Assembly: GCA_913053845.1 (NCBI GenBank)
Contig: CAJXGD010000002.1
Coordinates: forward strand, 13,732-77,731
DNA length: 64,000 bases
Direction: 5' to 3'
Source: an uncultured bacterium
GTDB lineage: Bacteria > Bipolaricaulota > Bipolaricaulia > RBG-16-55-9 > DRJF01
Position numbers and translations under genes: made by a program. Under the pieces are notes generated by a model. That model had not been told where the DNA came from, searched no databases, and worked only from the letters and a program-made list of their open reading frames with translations. Position 1 is the stretch's first letter. Every line of letters begins with the position of its first letter. Positions 63,891 to 64,000 of this stretch are shown piece after piece.

Positions 63891-64000
63891 CTAGCCGCGC
63901 TCCAGATGCGCCCGCAGATCCGGAGGAAGCTCAACTGTCTTGAAGCTTGCCTTGTCAACCGTGACGTGGGTGATCTGCGCCTCGGCGCAGAGGTCGCGCC
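63891..64000 (-). CDS. 3' end of a minus-strand gene continuing beyond the window (product unknown)
   Basis: Open frame running off the window end. C-terminus ...RDLCAEAQITHVTVDKASFKTVELPPDLRAHLERG, stop at 63891. Confidence 0.3.
   Translation of the reverse strand, partial: RDLCAEAQITHVTVDKASFKTVELPPDLRAHLERG

Overview
High-GC (about 63-66%) bacterial chromosomal window with compact, mostly co-directional operons. The lineage is not certain. Separate cofG/cofH radical-SAM genes rather than a fused fbiC, a Uma2-family nuclease, csaB and a PKD-domain protein fit a Chloroflexota-like or related organism better than an actinomycete.

Coding content in order:
- 1-1407: 3' part of a PKD-domain surface protein with two tandem ~190-aa repeats.
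- 1418-3328: ABC-F ATPase.
- 3443-5241: secreted hypothetical, stand-alone Lrp/AsnC RAM-domain protein, and an OMP-like beta-barrel protein.
- 5344-8204: large membrane protein plus CsaB pyruvyl transferase.
- 8264-10621: MutS2.
- 10.7-12.7 kb: short accessory islet (MazEF-like toxin-antitoxin pair, a hypothetical and a Uma2 nuclease) punctuated by three copies of a ~100-nt hairpin-rich repeat.
- 12.8-18.0 kb: complete coenzyme F420 biosynthesis operon cofG-cofH-cofD-cofC followed by an LLM-class (F420-type) oxidoreductase.
- 18.0-37.2 kb: compositionally distinct block of about 50% GC, grading to about 57-60% by 43.4 kb, all on the minus strand. It encodes N-heterocycle/pyrimidine-type catabolism: a molybdenum hydroxylase with the large subunit encoded 10 kb from the S/M/G subunits; a hydantoinase/dihydropyrimidinase; an N-carbamoyl amidohydrolase; beta-alanine-type and class V aminotransferases; MmsA; two LLM oxidoreductases; an M29/NicX-like enzyme; cupin; class II aldolase; M20 amidohydrolase; MBL hydrolase; SDR; a 3-hydroxyacyl-CoA dehydrogenase; a BMP-family nucleoside-type ABC importer; and a GntR regulator with a recognisable shared operator motif.
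- 43.7-46.8 kb: secreted hypothetical coupled to coaBC, and a tiny transmembrane peptide plus secreted-protein pair.
- 46.9-54.9 kb: sugar ABC importer co-transcribed with a sucrose-phosphate-synthase-like GT4, a P-loop kinase and GalT, under a LacI regulator.
- 55.0-59.5 kb: dcd (mosaic GC with a duplicated 3' remnant downstream), yajC-secD-secF, and a DMT exporter.
- 59.7-63.7 kb: arsenic locus in which a low-GC gene for an MtrA-like corrinoid-binding protein (Cys-rich N-terminus, DUF4346-like C-terminus) precedes arsR-acr3-arsC-fdhD.

No rRNA, tRNA, CRISPR array, integrase or transposase was recognised.

Most interesting candidates: (1) the MtrA-like corrinoid protein at the head of the ars operon; (2) the low-GC catabolic island that lacks a dihydropyrimidine dehydrogenase but carries LLM/F420-type reductases immediately beside the F420 biosynthesis operon; (3) the triplicated structured repeat around the toxin-antitoxin and Uma2 genes.
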